Assembly: GCA_035430785.1 (NCBI GenBank)
Contig: DAOMHE010000002.1
Coordinates: 1 to 38,723, forward strand
From: Spirochaetota bacterium
GTDB lineage: Bacteria; Spirochaetota; UBA4802; JAFGJZ01
Length of the DNA stretch: 38,723 bases
Direction: 5' to 3'
The position numbers were made by a program, and so were the translations under genes. The notes below the pieces were generated by a model, which did no database searches, had not been told where the DNA came from, and was given only the letters and a program-made list of their open reading frames with translations. Of the stretch, positions 24,964 to 34,098 are shown piece after piece. Numbering within the stretch: the stretch's first letter is position 1; the number at the start of each line of letters is the position of its first letter.

Positions 24964-25611
24964 ATGAAATCGAGACGTGAAAAGGAAAAAGAATCACGAA
25001 GGGAGCTTATTCTTGATGCGGCCGAAAAAGTTTTCATTAACAGAGGTTATGATTTAGCGACAATGGATGAAATAGCTGCTTCGGCAGAATTTACAAAAAA
25101 ATCTGTTTATAGCTACTTTCCGACAAAGGATGAGCTTTTTGCCGCTGTGATTTTGAGAGCATCAGAAATTCTGTTTAGAATTTTTAATGAGGTTTTCGTT
25201 AATAACAAAACCGGATTGGATAAAATAAGCGCAATCGGAGATGTCTATGTTCATTTCTACCGCGAATATAACGCTAGTTTCAAAATTCTTTCAATGCGGC
25301 GCTTCGGCGGTGTCGAACAGCCCGGAGAATACAGAGTAAAAATTGAGAAATACTGGTCTGAAGTTTTTTCGCTGATGTCAGACAGTTTTGCAGAGGGGCG
25401 TAAAGACGGAACTTTAAGAAAAGACATAGATCCGGTAACTGCAGCTTTGTATGTGATGAGTTCATCAAACGGTGTTCTCGATTTTGTCGCATCTTGCGGC
25501 AACTCACTTGAAAAGAATTACAAGGTTAATGCTGATGAATTTATAAAAACATCAATGAATATGATCAGGGATGCAATTATTTCTGAAAAAATAAAAAAAG
25601 GAGGAAAATAA
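24964..25611 (+). CDS. TetR/AcrR-family transcriptional regulator
   Basis: RRELILDAAEKVFINRGYDLATMDEIAASAEFTKKSVYSYFPTKDELF is the TetR N-terminal HTH signature. I prefer ATG 24964 over the track start at 24940. Confidence 0.88.
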   Translation: MKSRREKEKESRRELILDAAEKVFINRGYDLATMDEIAASAEFTKKSVYSYFPTKDELFAAVILRASEILFRIFNEVFVNNKTGLDKISAIGDVYVHFYREYNASFKILSMRRFGGVEQPGEYRVKIEKYWSEVFSLMSDSFAEGRKDGTLRKDIDPVTAALYVMSSSNGVLDFVASCGNSLEKNYKVNADEFIKTSMNMIRDAIISEKIKKGGK

Positions 25612-26984
25612 TGAAGATACTAGTTTTGCATGGAAGTCCGAAGGGAGAAGAAAGTGTAACAATGCAGTATTCCAAATTTCTTATGAAGAAATTTCCGGAG
25701 CTTGAATGGGCCGTTGAAAATATCGGTTCAATGATTAATGTCATTGAAAAAGACGCCGCACGCTTTGATGCGGTCATTAATTCTGTGCGGGGAGCGGATT
25801 TTATTATATGGTCTTTTCCGGTTTATTTTCTTCTTGTTCCTTATCAGGTGAAACGTTTTATTGAAATTGTTTACGAAAGAAATTGTATTGATGCGTTTAA
25901 GGGGAAGTATGCAGCAGCGATAATGACTTCGATTCATTATCAGGATCATATTGCCAAGAATTATATTCATGCAGTCAGCGAAGATTTGGGAATGAATTAC
26001 TGCGCTTCGTTTACTCCTGAGATGAATGATTTGATGAAGGAAAAAATAAAAAAAGACATTGTTACTTTTGCGAATAATATTTTCAGCGATTGTGAGTCAA
26101 AAAAACCTGCGTCACGGGCGTTCAGCACACTGAAGGAAAACTCTTTCATTTATAATTCTATTGGCGCACAGAATGCGGTGATTGATTCAAACGCCCGTGT
26201 GCGGATTATCTGCGATTCAACCGGAAACAGTTCTGCAAAAGAAGCCGCTTTGCAAATTGCTGCAAGATTTAATAATACTGTTACCGGAGACCTTGCGGAA
26301 GTTAATATAAAAGGCGGATGTCTGGGATGCCTGAGATGCGGATTAAAAGGCGAGTGTGTTTACGACGGAACTGATGATTACCGTGCGTTTCATCAGAAAA
26401 TGATTATGGATGCCGATATTGTATTTTTTGTCGGTGAGATACGCGATAGATTTTTGTCTTCAAGATTCAAGTTGTTCTTTGACCGGAGCTTTTATAGAAA
26501 CCACATGCCTAGTTTGTCAGGGAAGCAGATCGGGTGGGTTGTTCTTGGTGAGCTCAGTTCAATTCCGAATATAAGACAGTTTATTGAAGCATACTGTGAA
26601 GTATCTCAAGCGAATATTGCCGGAATAGTTTCTTCAGAATCAAATGATCAGCAGGCTTTTTCAAATGATATTGATTTGCTGACTGAACGCGCCGCTTTCT
26701 ATCATAAAGAAAATTTTATTGCGCCGGATACATTTTTAGGTAACGGCGGCAGAAGAATTTTCCGTGATGAGATTTGGAGTTATATGCGGGTTATTTTTTC
26801 TGCTGACTATAAGTTTTATAAAAAGAACAAGAAGTTTGATTTTCCGACACGAAAGCTTGTCAACAGAACAGTGATACCTTTACTTGCATGGCTTATGCGT
26901 ATTCCTGCGCTTAGGAACGGCATGAATAAAAATTTAAAGAAGGGAATGATAAGCGGTCTTGTTAAGATTGTAAATAATGCATAA
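25611..26984 (+). CDS. Flavodoxin-like-fold NAD(P)H-dependent oxidoreductase (two tandem flavodoxin-like halves)
   Basis: MKILVLHGSPKGEES...ADFIIWSFPVYF is the FMN-reductase/flavodoxin-like N-terminal signature. A second Rossmann-like half carries the Cys cluster CLGCLRCGLKGEC. TAATG overlap with tetR suggests one operon. Confidence 0.65.
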   Translation: MKILVLHGSPKGEESVTMQYSKFLMKKFPELEWAVENIGSMINVIEKDAARFDAVINSVRGADFIIWSFPVYFLLVPYQVKRFIEIVYERNCIDAFKGKYAAAIMTSIHYQDHIAKNYIHAVSEDLGMNYCASFTPEMNDLMKEKIKKDIVTFANNIFSDCESKKPASRAFSTLKENSFIYNSIGAQNAVIDSNARVRIICDSTGNSSAKEAALQIAARFNNTVTGDLAEVNIKGGCLGCLRCGLKGECVYDGTDDYRAFHQKMIMDADIVFFVGEIRDRFLSSRFKLFFDRSFYRNHMPSLSGKQIGWVVLGELSSIPNIRQFIEAYCEVSQANIAGIVSSESNDQQAFSNDIDLLTERAAFYHKENFIAPDTFLGNGGRRIFRDEIWSYMRVIFSADYKFYKKNKKFDFPTRKLVNRTVIPLLAWLMRIPALRNGMNKNLKKGMISGLVKIVNNA

Positions 26985-26992
26985 CTATTTTT

Positions 26993-27022
26993 AAACAGCG
27001 GTACATCTGTGTGCCGCTGTTT
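26993..27022. terminator. Bidirectional intrinsic terminator
   Basis: AAACAGCGGTACA-tctg-TGTGCCGCTGTTT between convergent genes. Confidence 0.75.
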
Positions 27023-27040
27023 AAAGTTTTATTAAGATAA

Positions 27041-27766
27041 TCAATTGTTTAAATCGAATCCGGTGAATGAGTAAAAAAGTTCTGTTCCTTCAAAAACAAA
27101 TTGTTCTTCAGCCGTTACAATAACAGCCTTGTTTTCATAAGGGCTTTTGAAATAACCGCAAAGGAATACTGATAGAGCCTTTACTTTTGTTTCCTTCTTA
27201 ATAATTTTTGTTATATTCCCGTTTTTTACAACAACTGAATATTCCGAAACGGTATCATGGTATTCAGGTTGCTTTTCATTTTTAACAGTTAATGTGAAAT
27301 CATACGTTTTGTTATTATGTTGAATGGGAAGTTTTAAAAAAGTATTTTTGTTTATTATTATTCCGTACTTATTAAATGCATTGAGAATTTTCTGTTTTCT
27401 GATTTTGTAAGAAAATTCCGAGAAATTATCATCTTCGGAATAGTCATCAAAATTATTTGAATCGTCTTCGATTTTCCATACTATCTTTTTTTTTGATAAA
27501 TCTAATATAGCATACTCGATCAGAAACCCGCCTTTTCCTTCGATTGATCTTTCAATCGAATATGCAAGTTTTCCTTTTTTAGACCAGCCCCATATCCTTA
27601 CAACAGGGAAACCGTAAATGTAGTTGTATGGTTTAGAATAGCCGTATTCTGTTCCTTCGGGTACTGAGTATTTGAAAAGATCCATAGGCTCGGGAATTGA
27701 CAAGTCCTGAGAGTTTGCACTTATGGTAAAGATCAGCAGCATGATAATAAGTTTCACTGATTTCAT
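27041..27766 (-). CDS. Secreted hypothetical protein
   Basis: 241 aa, AT-rich. The signal peptide is MKSVKLIIMLLIFTISANSQ, and a GGAGA SD is present. I recognise no domain. Confidence 0.65.
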   Translation of the reverse strand: MKSVKLIIMLLIFTISANSQDLSIPEPMDLFKYSVPEGTEYGYSKPYNYIYGFPVVRIWGWSKKGKLAYSIERSIEGKGGFLIEYAILDLSKKKIVWKIEDDSNNFDDYSEDDNFSEFSYKIRKQKILNAFNKYGIIINKNTFLKLPIQHNNKTYDFTLTVKNEKQPEYHDTVSEYSVVVKNGNITKIIKKETKVKALSVFLCGYFKSPYENKAVIVTAEEQFVFEGTELFYSFTGFDLNN

Positions 27767-27883
27767 ATATTTCTCCTGATATTGAAATGAAATTTAATAC
27801 CGAATTTGTTTCAGTCAGAGTATTGCATGTTCGGACGGTAAAACAATCAAAATAAATAATAAATATTTTTTTTAATGAAAAGT

Positions 27884-28588
27884 TTAGCTGAAAAATAATT
27901 CTATAAGATAAGCGAAAACCGGAGCGAGAAGGGAAGTTATTATTCCGGTTACGCAAAGAGCGAGTCCGCCGTAGGCGGCGTATGTTTCTCCTTTTTCGGC
28001 GATCGCGGCAGTTCCGAGTGCATGAGCTGCGCAACCTATTGCGAGGCCGCCGCCTTTATGGCTGTGTTCGTTTATCAGCCGCAGAAAAAAGAGTCCTCCG
28101 CCCGCGCCGATGATACCGGTGATTACGACAAATCCGGCAGTAAGTGACGGTTCTCCGCCGATCTTTGTTGATATTTCTATCGCAATCGCGCTTGTAACAG
28201 ATTTAGGCAGAAGTGAAATGACGGTAAGTGTATCGGCGCCGAGCAGAAGGGATATGCCGGAAACACTAATAAGACCGGCAAGGCTTCCTGCCGTAAGAGA
28301 AATAAAAATAGCCATATGATTTTTTTTTATTTCTTCAAGCTCTTTGTAAAGAGGAAGAGCAAGAGCAATAACTGACGGCGCGAGAAAAAACGATATGATA
28401 TCTGTATTGGATTTATAAGATGAATATTCTATTCCCGAGAGTTTTAGAAGTATTATCAGAACAGTTACGGAAAAAAGAACGGGATTAAAAAGAATGAATT
28501 TTGTTTTTGCGCTCATGTATTTTCCCAGAAGAAAAAGTCCAATGGTAAGCGTTACCCAGAATAATTGACTGTCTATTATATTGTTCAT
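27884..28588 (-). CDS. lrgB: LrgB/CidB-family membrane protein
   Basis: 234 aa, polytopic. It has the typical LrgB motifs (PKSVTSAIAIEIS, GIIGA). ATGA overlap with the upstream lrgA-like gene. Confidence 0.85.
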   Translation of the reverse strand: MNNIIDSQLFWVTLTIGLFLLGKYMSAKTKFILFNPVLFSVTVLIILLKLSGIEYSSYKSNTDIISFFLAPSVIALALPLYKELEEIKKNHMAIFISLTAGSLAGLISVSGISLLLGADTLTVISLLPKSVTSAIAIEISTKIGGEPSLTAGFVVITGIIGAGGGLFFLRLINEHSHKGGGLAIGCAAHALGTAAIAEKGETYAAYGGLALCVTGIITSLLAPVFAYLIELFFS

Positions 28589-28929
28589 TTTCTGCCGCGT
28601 GATAATTTTTTAAATGTCCATGATACTGTAATGATGACGATGAAAGTGCTTACTACGCATGAAACTCCGATCGGAAGAAGTTCCTTTTTTAATACTTCGG
28701 AGTAAAGTACTAATCCGACGCCGGCAGGTACAAAAAATAGAGCCATGTTATTTATAAGCAGATCAGATCCTTCACGGATATCTTCCGGTTTAATAAGCTT
28801 AAACTCAAGCAATGCGGTAAGAAGGACAAGACCGATAACGCTTCCCGGAAGCGGAAGTTTCAATAGATCGGAAAGAGTATTTCCTGCTAGAAGAGCAGCG
28901 AATATTATAAACAGAGATTTCAGCATCAT
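28585..28929 (-). CDS. lrgA: LrgA/CidA-family holin-like membrane protein
   Basis: 114 aa with four TM segments (LPLPGSVIGLVLL motif). It is paired with lrgB. Confidence 0.8.
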   Translation of the reverse strand: MMLKSLFIIFAALLAGNTLSDLLKLPLPGSVIGLVLLTALLEFKLIKPEDIREGSDLLINNMALFFVPAGVGLVLYSEVLKKELLPIGVSCVVSTFIVIITVSWTFKKLSRGRK

Positions 28930-29435
28930 GAGTAATTATAAGGGTCTACTGCATTCATGTCAATATGAGTTACGTCGCCGGTTGATGTGTCGAGAACTGC
29001 TATTGTGTTTTCTTCACCCTTGCGGAGCGAACCGGGATTGATTATTCTGGTGTTTTTTCTTTCGTAGTTTTCTACGCAGTGTAGATGCCCTTTTATTATA
29101 TAATCGTATTTTTCGGAGTTAACGGCGTCGCGGAACATCGGAACATTGTCACCGTGAAACAGGATGAATTTTTTGCCGTCAAATTCAAACTCTTTGGCAC
29201 AGCATGCAGGTTCAAGTCCCAGAGATGCAAGCTTCTGATTCATTTCATCATTTGAGCAGTCATCGTTTCCAAGAACAATATAAAGATCAAACCCCATGAA
29301 GAAATCAAGCATCTGGGGAGAAGAAAGATCTCCCGCGTGAATCAATGTGTTAATCCTGCGGGAGCGCAGATACGAAACCGCTTTGATTATCATTTCAACA
29401 TTGTTGTGCGTATCCGCGATTATACCAATAAGCAT
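28926..29435 (-). CDS. YfcE/MJ0936-family metallophosphoesterase
   Basis: IIADTHNN, HAGDL, LGNDD, FHGD and KGHLH motifs appear in the canonical order. 169 aa. Confidence 0.85.
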   Translation of the reverse strand: MLIGIIADTHNNVEMIIKAVSYLRSRRINTLIHAGDLSSPQMLDFFMGFDLYIVLGNDDCSNDEMNQKLASLGLEPACCAKEFEFDGKKFILFHGDNVPMFRDAVNSEKYDYIIKGHLHCVENYERKNTRIINPGSLRKGEENTIAVLDTSTGDVTHIDMNAVDPYNYS

Positions 29436-29447
29436 ATTTATCAGCTT

Positions 29448-31352
29448 TTACGAAAGCCGGCTTCCTGTTTCAATCGAGTCGTCAACAATGATGACGCTCG
29501 GAAGATCCTTTTTTGATTTTTTTGCCGCGAGAAGCATTCCCTCACTTTTATTTCCGAAAATTTCTGCAGGCTTTAAGTTCGCAACAACGATTATCTTTTT
29601 GCCTTTGATATTTTCGGGAGTCATTTTTTCGCCGATCCCGGCGATTATCTGACGTTTGTCGGAACCCGTATCTATCTGAAGTTTCAGAAGTTTCGCAGAT
29701 CCTTCGACCTTTTCGGCTGAAAGAACTTCTGCTACTCTGAGTTCGACTTTTGCAAAATCAGTAATTTCAATTTTTTCAGAATCGTTGGAATTGGCAGGTG
29801 CTTTTGTTTCAACTGCTTCGGCTTTAACCTGTTTTTCAATCTTAGGAAAGAGTATTCCCGGATTTTCGATTTTTATTCCAGTTGTGAGATTATTCATTGA
29901 AGTTATTTTGTCATAAGAAGGCAGTTCTGCTCCGAGCGCTTTAAGTATTTTCGGAGCAGTGTTGAAACACACAGGAGAAATCAGAGCTGTTACTGAAAAA
30001 ATAGCTTCCGCGCAGTTTCTCAGAACAGATGCGAGCTCGTCGGTTTTATTTTCTTTGGCAAGAGTCCATGGTTTGTTCTGATCGATGTATTTGTTGAGAA
30101 AGCGTACGAATTCCCAGAGTGATTCGAGAGCATTGCTGAACTGAAATTTGTCCGTATTTTCTCTCATTCCGTTTTCTGCTTTTTCGAGAAGAACCTTGAT
30201 TGCGTCAAGCCCTGCATCGTTTGCTGTACGCTCAGGTATTTTGCCTTCAAAATATTTTTCAATCATGTTGAACGCGCGGTTAATCAGATTTCCGAGGTCA
30301 TTTGCAAGATCATAGTTTATTCTGTCTATTACCGCGTCATCTGTAAACTTAGCGTCCTGTCCGAAAGTCATTTCCCTGAGAAAGAAATAGCGCGACTGGT
30401 CATTTCCGTATTTTTCAAGAAGATCATTCGGTCTGACAACATTTCCGAGAGTTTTGCTCATCTTGGCTTCCGCCATATTCCAGTATCCGTGAACATTCAG
30501 ATGATAATACGGTTCGATTCCGGCTGCCTTAAGCATTGTCGGCCAGAAAACACCGTGAGGCTTCAGAATATCTTTTGCGATGATGTGGTTTACTGCCGGC
30601 CAGTATTTTTTAAATTTTTCGCCGTCAGGATATCCGATAGCGCTTATATAGTTTATAAGAGCGTCGAACCAGACATAAGTAACATATTTATCATCAAACG
30701 GAAGTTCTATTCCCCAAGCAAGACGCGACTTAGGTCTTGATATACAGAGATCTTCGAGCTCTTCATTTTTTATTAGAGCAAGTACTTCATTTCTATAGCG
30801 TTCCGGGCGGATAAAATCAGGATTTTTTTCGATATGATCTACAAGCCATGCCTGATATTTTTTCATTTTGAAGAAATAATTATGCTCTTCAATCCACTGT
30901 ACCGGTTTTCCGTGTTCAGGGCATTTTCCGTCCACGATATCCTTGTCGGTTAGAAATCTTTCGCAGCCGTAACAGTAATTTCCGCCGTAGCTTCCGTAAT
31001 AAATGTCGCCGGTGTCGAAAACTTTCTGCAATACGCTCTGAACAACCTTTTTGTGGCGTTCTTCAGTGGTGCGGATGAAGTCGTCGTATTCGATTCCGAG
31101 AAGTTTCCATGCTGATTTAAATTTAGCACTTATATCGTCGGTATATGATTTGACGTCGGTTTTCTTTTCATCGGCAGCTTTCTGGATTTTATCGCCGTGT
31201 TCATCCGTGCCGGTCAGAAAATATGTATCATAACCGCGGAGCTTGTAATGACGTTTGAGAAAATCCGCAACGATGGTGCTGTATGCGTGGCCTATATGAG
31301 GTTCTGCATTGACGTAATAGATCGGTGTTGTTATATAAAACTTTTTTTCCAT
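29448..31352 (-). CDS. metG: Methionine--tRNA ligase with C-terminal EMAPII/Trbp111-like tRNA-binding domain
   Basis: HIGH motif (PHIGHAYS) and KMSKS motif (KMSKTLGN). The Zn knuckle is CYGCERF...CPEHG. The C-terminus is DFAKVELRVAEVLSAEKVEGSAKLLKLQIDTG. Confidence 0.95.
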   Translation of the reverse strand: MEKKFYITTPIYYVNAEPHIGHAYSTIVADFLKRHYKLRGYDTYFLTGTDEHGDKIQKAADEKKTDVKSYTDDISAKFKSAWKLLGIEYDDFIRTTEERHKKVVQSVLQKVFDTGDIYYGSYGGNYCYGCERFLTDKDIVDGKCPEHGKPVQWIEEHNYFFKMKKYQAWLVDHIEKNPDFIRPERYRNEVLALIKNEELEDLCISRPKSRLAWGIELPFDDKYVTYVWFDALINYISAIGYPDGEKFKKYWPAVNHIIAKDILKPHGVFWPTMLKAAGIEPYYHLNVHGYWNMAEAKMSKTLGNVVRPNDLLEKYGNDQSRYFFLREMTFGQDAKFTDDAVIDRINYDLANDLGNLINRAFNMIEKYFEGKIPERTANDAGLDAIKVLLEKAENGMRENTDKFQFSNALESLWEFVRFLNKYIDQNKPWTLAKENKTDELASVLRNCAEAIFSVTALISPVCFNTAPKILKALGAELPSYDKITSMNNLTTGIKIENPGILFPKIEKQVKAEAVETKAPANSNDSEKIEITDFAKVELRVAEVLSAEKVEGSAKLLKLQIDTGSDKRQIIAGIGEKMTPENIKGKKIIVVANLKPAEIFGNKSEGMLLAAKKSKKDLPSVIIVDDSIETGSRLS

Positions 31353-31370
31353 GATGTCCTTCTCTAAATA

Positions 31371-32234
31371 TTAATCTTCTTCGTTTTCTTCATCTGTGTG
31401 ATTCATCAACCGTTCAATTACCGGCATTGAAACCGAGAAATTGATGCCGTCGGAAGTGATGTCATTTTTTTGAATGTGAAGATATGCATCCATGTATTTT
31501 AGTCTGATAGTCTGTTTAAGAGTATCAACTGAATCTACGTAGCATTTATTATCGCCGATGCGTATTTCGGTTCCCTGCTGAGGCAGACCGTTGTTTAGTT
31601 CACAGTAGACTTCATATTCATAATCGAGACAACAGAGCAGTCTCCCGCAGCATCCGGATATTTTCTGACTGTTGAGATTCAGATTCTGTTCCTTTGCCAT
31701 TTTAATTGATACGGGTGAAAATACTCCGCGCATTTTTGTACAGCAGAGTGACTGACCGCAGGTTCCGTGTCCGCCGATAATACGTGACTTGTCGCGTACG
31801 CCGATCTGGCGCATTTCGATGCGCGTTTTGAAAATTCCGGCAAGGTCGCGGACAAGTTCTCTGAAGTCGACACGGTTTTCTGCGACAAAATAAAATATAA
31901 TTTTCGATTTGTCGAATATTGCTTTTACGTTGACGAGAGTCATATCGAGATTTTTTTCTTTTGCTTTCAGTTTGCATTCTTCAAAAGATCTTTTTTCGAG
32001 ATCAATAAGAGAATTGGCCTGAGCGATATCGTCATCGGATGCAAGCCTGAGTATTTTGCCCCGGGCTTCGCATTCCTGACTTTTGCATGCAGGGATGCCC
32101 GATAAGACGTAACCTATATCGACACCGTGTTCGGTTTCTGCAATGCATGCCGAACCCGGATTGATAAAGATATTATTCGAGTCAAGATTGTATATGGCAC
32201 AGTTGTTGCGCATTTTTACGCTGGTAAATTCCAT
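31371..32234 (-). CDS. ricT: PSP1-domain protein (RicT/YaaT family)
   Basis: FRELVRDLAGIFKTRIEMRQIGVRD and the Cys-rich segment GTCGQSLCCTKM...GCCGRLLCCLDYE are hallmark PSP1/YaaT motifs. Confidence 0.85.
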   Translation of the reverse strand: MEFTSVKMRNNCAIYNLDSNNIFINPGSACIAETEHGVDIGYVLSGIPACKSQECEARGKILRLASDDDIAQANSLIDLEKRSFEECKLKAKEKNLDMTLVNVKAIFDKSKIIFYFVAENRVDFRELVRDLAGIFKTRIEMRQIGVRDKSRIIGGHGTCGQSLCCTKMRGVFSPVSIKMAKEQNLNLNSQKISGCCGRLLCCLDYEYEVYCELNNGLPQQGTEIRIGDNKCYVDSVDTLKQTIRLKYMDAYLHIQKNDITSDGINFSVSMPVIERLMNHTDEENEED

Positions 32235-32241
32235 TTAAACC

Positions 32242-33216
32242 TCATATAAATTTCTCCGCAATGCAGTTATAAGAAAGAGCTTTTACTGAAAAAGCCGGAT
32301 TCAGGTTCCGTGCAGATCCTTTTTTTGCGGAGAGAAGCATTTTGATAATGTTGTGAAGCGTTTTATCCGCGTCAATATATAAATCGTTCAAAAAAGAGCT
32401 GAAGGTTACTTTTCCTGTCAGTTTGTTTTTCAGAAGAAATGAATAAATATTTAAAGCTCCGTCAATCAGTCCGTATCCGTCTTTTCCCGACATTGCTGAA
32501 AGAGACGCCGGTTCTATGAAAGAATTTGAAAGATATGCTTTTCTTATTCCTGATGCAAAATTTTTAAGTTCTTCTCTCGCTTTTTCTGATGAAAACTTAA
32601 TCGCATTTTCCATTGAACCGCCGGAAGCCGCGGCTATAAATTCCTTTTCTGCTTCAGACATATCTTCCAGCAGTTTTATGACAGAATCGAAGGGAAGGGG
32701 CTGAAAGCGGATTACTGATGAACGCGAAAGAATCGTTCTGAGAATTCTCGATTCGGAAGAAGTTGTCATAATTATCAGAGTATTTTCAGATGGTTCTTCG
32801 ATTGTTTTTAAGAGAGCATTCATTCCGGCTGTTTTTGCACAGTCGATTTCTTTTATCAATACAGCGCGCTTTCCCCCGAACGGTTTTTCGCTTAAAGAAC
32901 TTAGAAGCGCTCTTACGCTGCCTTCTTCTTTTTTGTCTTTATCTCCGATTGGGATTGAACCTTTTTCGTCGGGTTCGAGAATCAGAAAATCAGGGTGCGA
33001 AAAGGAAAAAACCTGACGGCATGAAGAACATTTTCCGCATGGAGAATTCGCATCAGCGCATAAAAACGCGGCAATGGATTCAACAGCGACTGCGCTTTTC
33101 CCTATTCCGTTGACACCCGTGAAAAGCAGAGCGTGCGGCCGAGAAGGTGACGCTATGATTTTTTTGATATAATTCTTCTGTTTTTGATGGCCTTCTATAT
33201 GGGGTATCATAATCAC
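32242..33216 (-). CDS. holB: DNA polymerase III delta-prime subunit
   Basis: HALLFTGVNGIGKS is a degenerate Walker A. The Zn module is CGKCSSCRQV. SRS(S)VIRF is the sensor motif. 324 aa. Confidence 0.85.
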   Translation of the reverse strand: MIMIPHIEGHQKQKNYIKKIIASPSRPHALLFTGVNGIGKSAVAVESIAAFLCADANSPCGKCSSCRQVFSFSHPDFLILEPDEKGSIPIGDKDKKEEGSVRALLSSLSEKPFGGKRAVLIKEIDCAKTAGMNALLKTIEEPSENTLIIMTTSSESRILRTILSRSSVIRFQPLPFDSVIKLLEDMSEAEKEFIAAASGGSMENAIKFSSEKAREELKNFASGIRKAYLSNSFIEPASLSAMSGKDGYGLIDGALNIYSFLLKNKLTGKVTFSSFLNDLYIDADKTLHNIIKMLLSAKKGSARNLNPAFSVKALSYNCIAEKFI

Positions 33217-33653
33217 TTTGTATAATCGAGAATAAGACCGCGGATTTCATCAAGTTCTTTCAGAAGATTGAAAGCCTTGTTGCCGCGTGAAATCTGCTGT
33301 GAGATTTCGAGAAGTTTTTCATTGATTTTTTTTGTAATCAGAAACGGAGCCTTGGTAGACTTGAGCCTTGAAAGCTCCTTCGATTCAAAAGAGCTGTCGC
33401 TTATGAAAGTTAAAAGTTTCTGAACAAGAGCCTTGTAGTTTGCAAGCTCTTCAAGATCGCGTTTTTCGAGAAAGCGTTTTTCCTGATCGTGAAGATCATC
33501 CATCATATCCTGAAAATCGCGCATGTTTTTTTCGCTGACGGCATTCGAAAGCTCAGCCGAGAAGGAAGCATCGGTCTTTTTTGTCGATGACGCGCCCGAA
33601 CCGCTTTTGATTCTTGCCGAGTCAGCCGATTTGAATTGATTTACTCTCAGCAT
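33213..33653 (-). CDS. DUF327 (YaaR-like) protein
   Basis: 146 aa, the same length as B. subtilis YaaR and with a similar C-terminal pattern (...LLKELDEIRGLILDY). It sits immediately upstream of holB, as in Firmicutes. It overlaps holB by 4 nt. Confidence 0.7.
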   Translation of the reverse strand: MLRVNQFKSADSARIKSGSGASSTKKTDASFSAELSNAVSEKNMRDFQDMMDDLHDQEKRFLEKRDLEELANYKALVQKLLTFISDSSFESKELSRLKSTKAPFLITKKINEKLLEISQQISRGNKAFNLLKELDEIRGLILDYTK

Positions 33654-33654
33654 A

Positions 33655-34014
33655 TTATACCGGATGTTCTTTGTTGATTACACAGCTTCCGTCAAATTTG
33701 ACTCCGTCTTCCATGATTATTGAAGGAGTTATGATGTTTCCCTTAACGTCCCCGGAAGCCAGAAGAACGACCCTTTCGCTTGCGAGAATGTTGCCTTTGA
33801 CGGTTCCGCCTACAATGACAACGCGGGCCTGAATGTCGGTGAGAGCTTCGCCGTACTGACCGATTAGAACCTTTCCTTCAGTCTGAATTGTTCCCGTAAA
33901 TTTGCCGTCAATCCGCAAAAGCCCGTTTATCTTGAATTCGCCTTTGAATTCACTGCCTTCGCCGATGATGCTGTTTACTATATGATCTTCATTAAGTCTG
34001 TTCTGTCGTGTCAT
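33655..34014 (-). CDS. Bactofilin (polymer-forming cytoskeletal protein)
   Basis: Repetitive beta-helix pattern: IGEGSEFKGEFKINGLLRIDGKFTGTIQTEGKVLIGQYGEALTDIQARVVIVGGTVKGNI...DVKGNI. Confidence 0.85.
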   Translation of the reverse strand: MTRQNRLNEDHIVNSIIGEGSEFKGEFKINGLLRIDGKFTGTIQTEGKVLIGQYGEALTDIQARVVIVGGTVKGNILASERVVLLASGDVKGNIITPSIIMEDGVKFDGSCVINKEHPV

Positions 34015-34098
34015 GTTTCCTGCCGGTGTCAGTTTCTAAGCAAGTTTATTATTTGACGATTATTATTGTAAAGGATTTTTCTTGTCCGATAATATAAC

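Noticed and set aside
28320-28328. Homopolymer tracts considered as phase-variation sites: T9 inside lrgB, A9 at 139-147 in the partial first ORF, and T8/A7 at 19332-19346.
   Set aside because: A/T runs of this length are expected in an AT-leaning genome. The coding ones encode Lys runs in frame, and a single sequence gives no evidence of length variation.
34069-34092. TAAA-N12-TCCGATAA upstream of the deacetylase gene, considered as a sigma28 promoter.
   Set aside because: The spacer is 12 nt against the required ~15, and the -10 has a mismatch at the first G. A sigma70-like reading, TTGTAA-N16-GATAAT, fits better.
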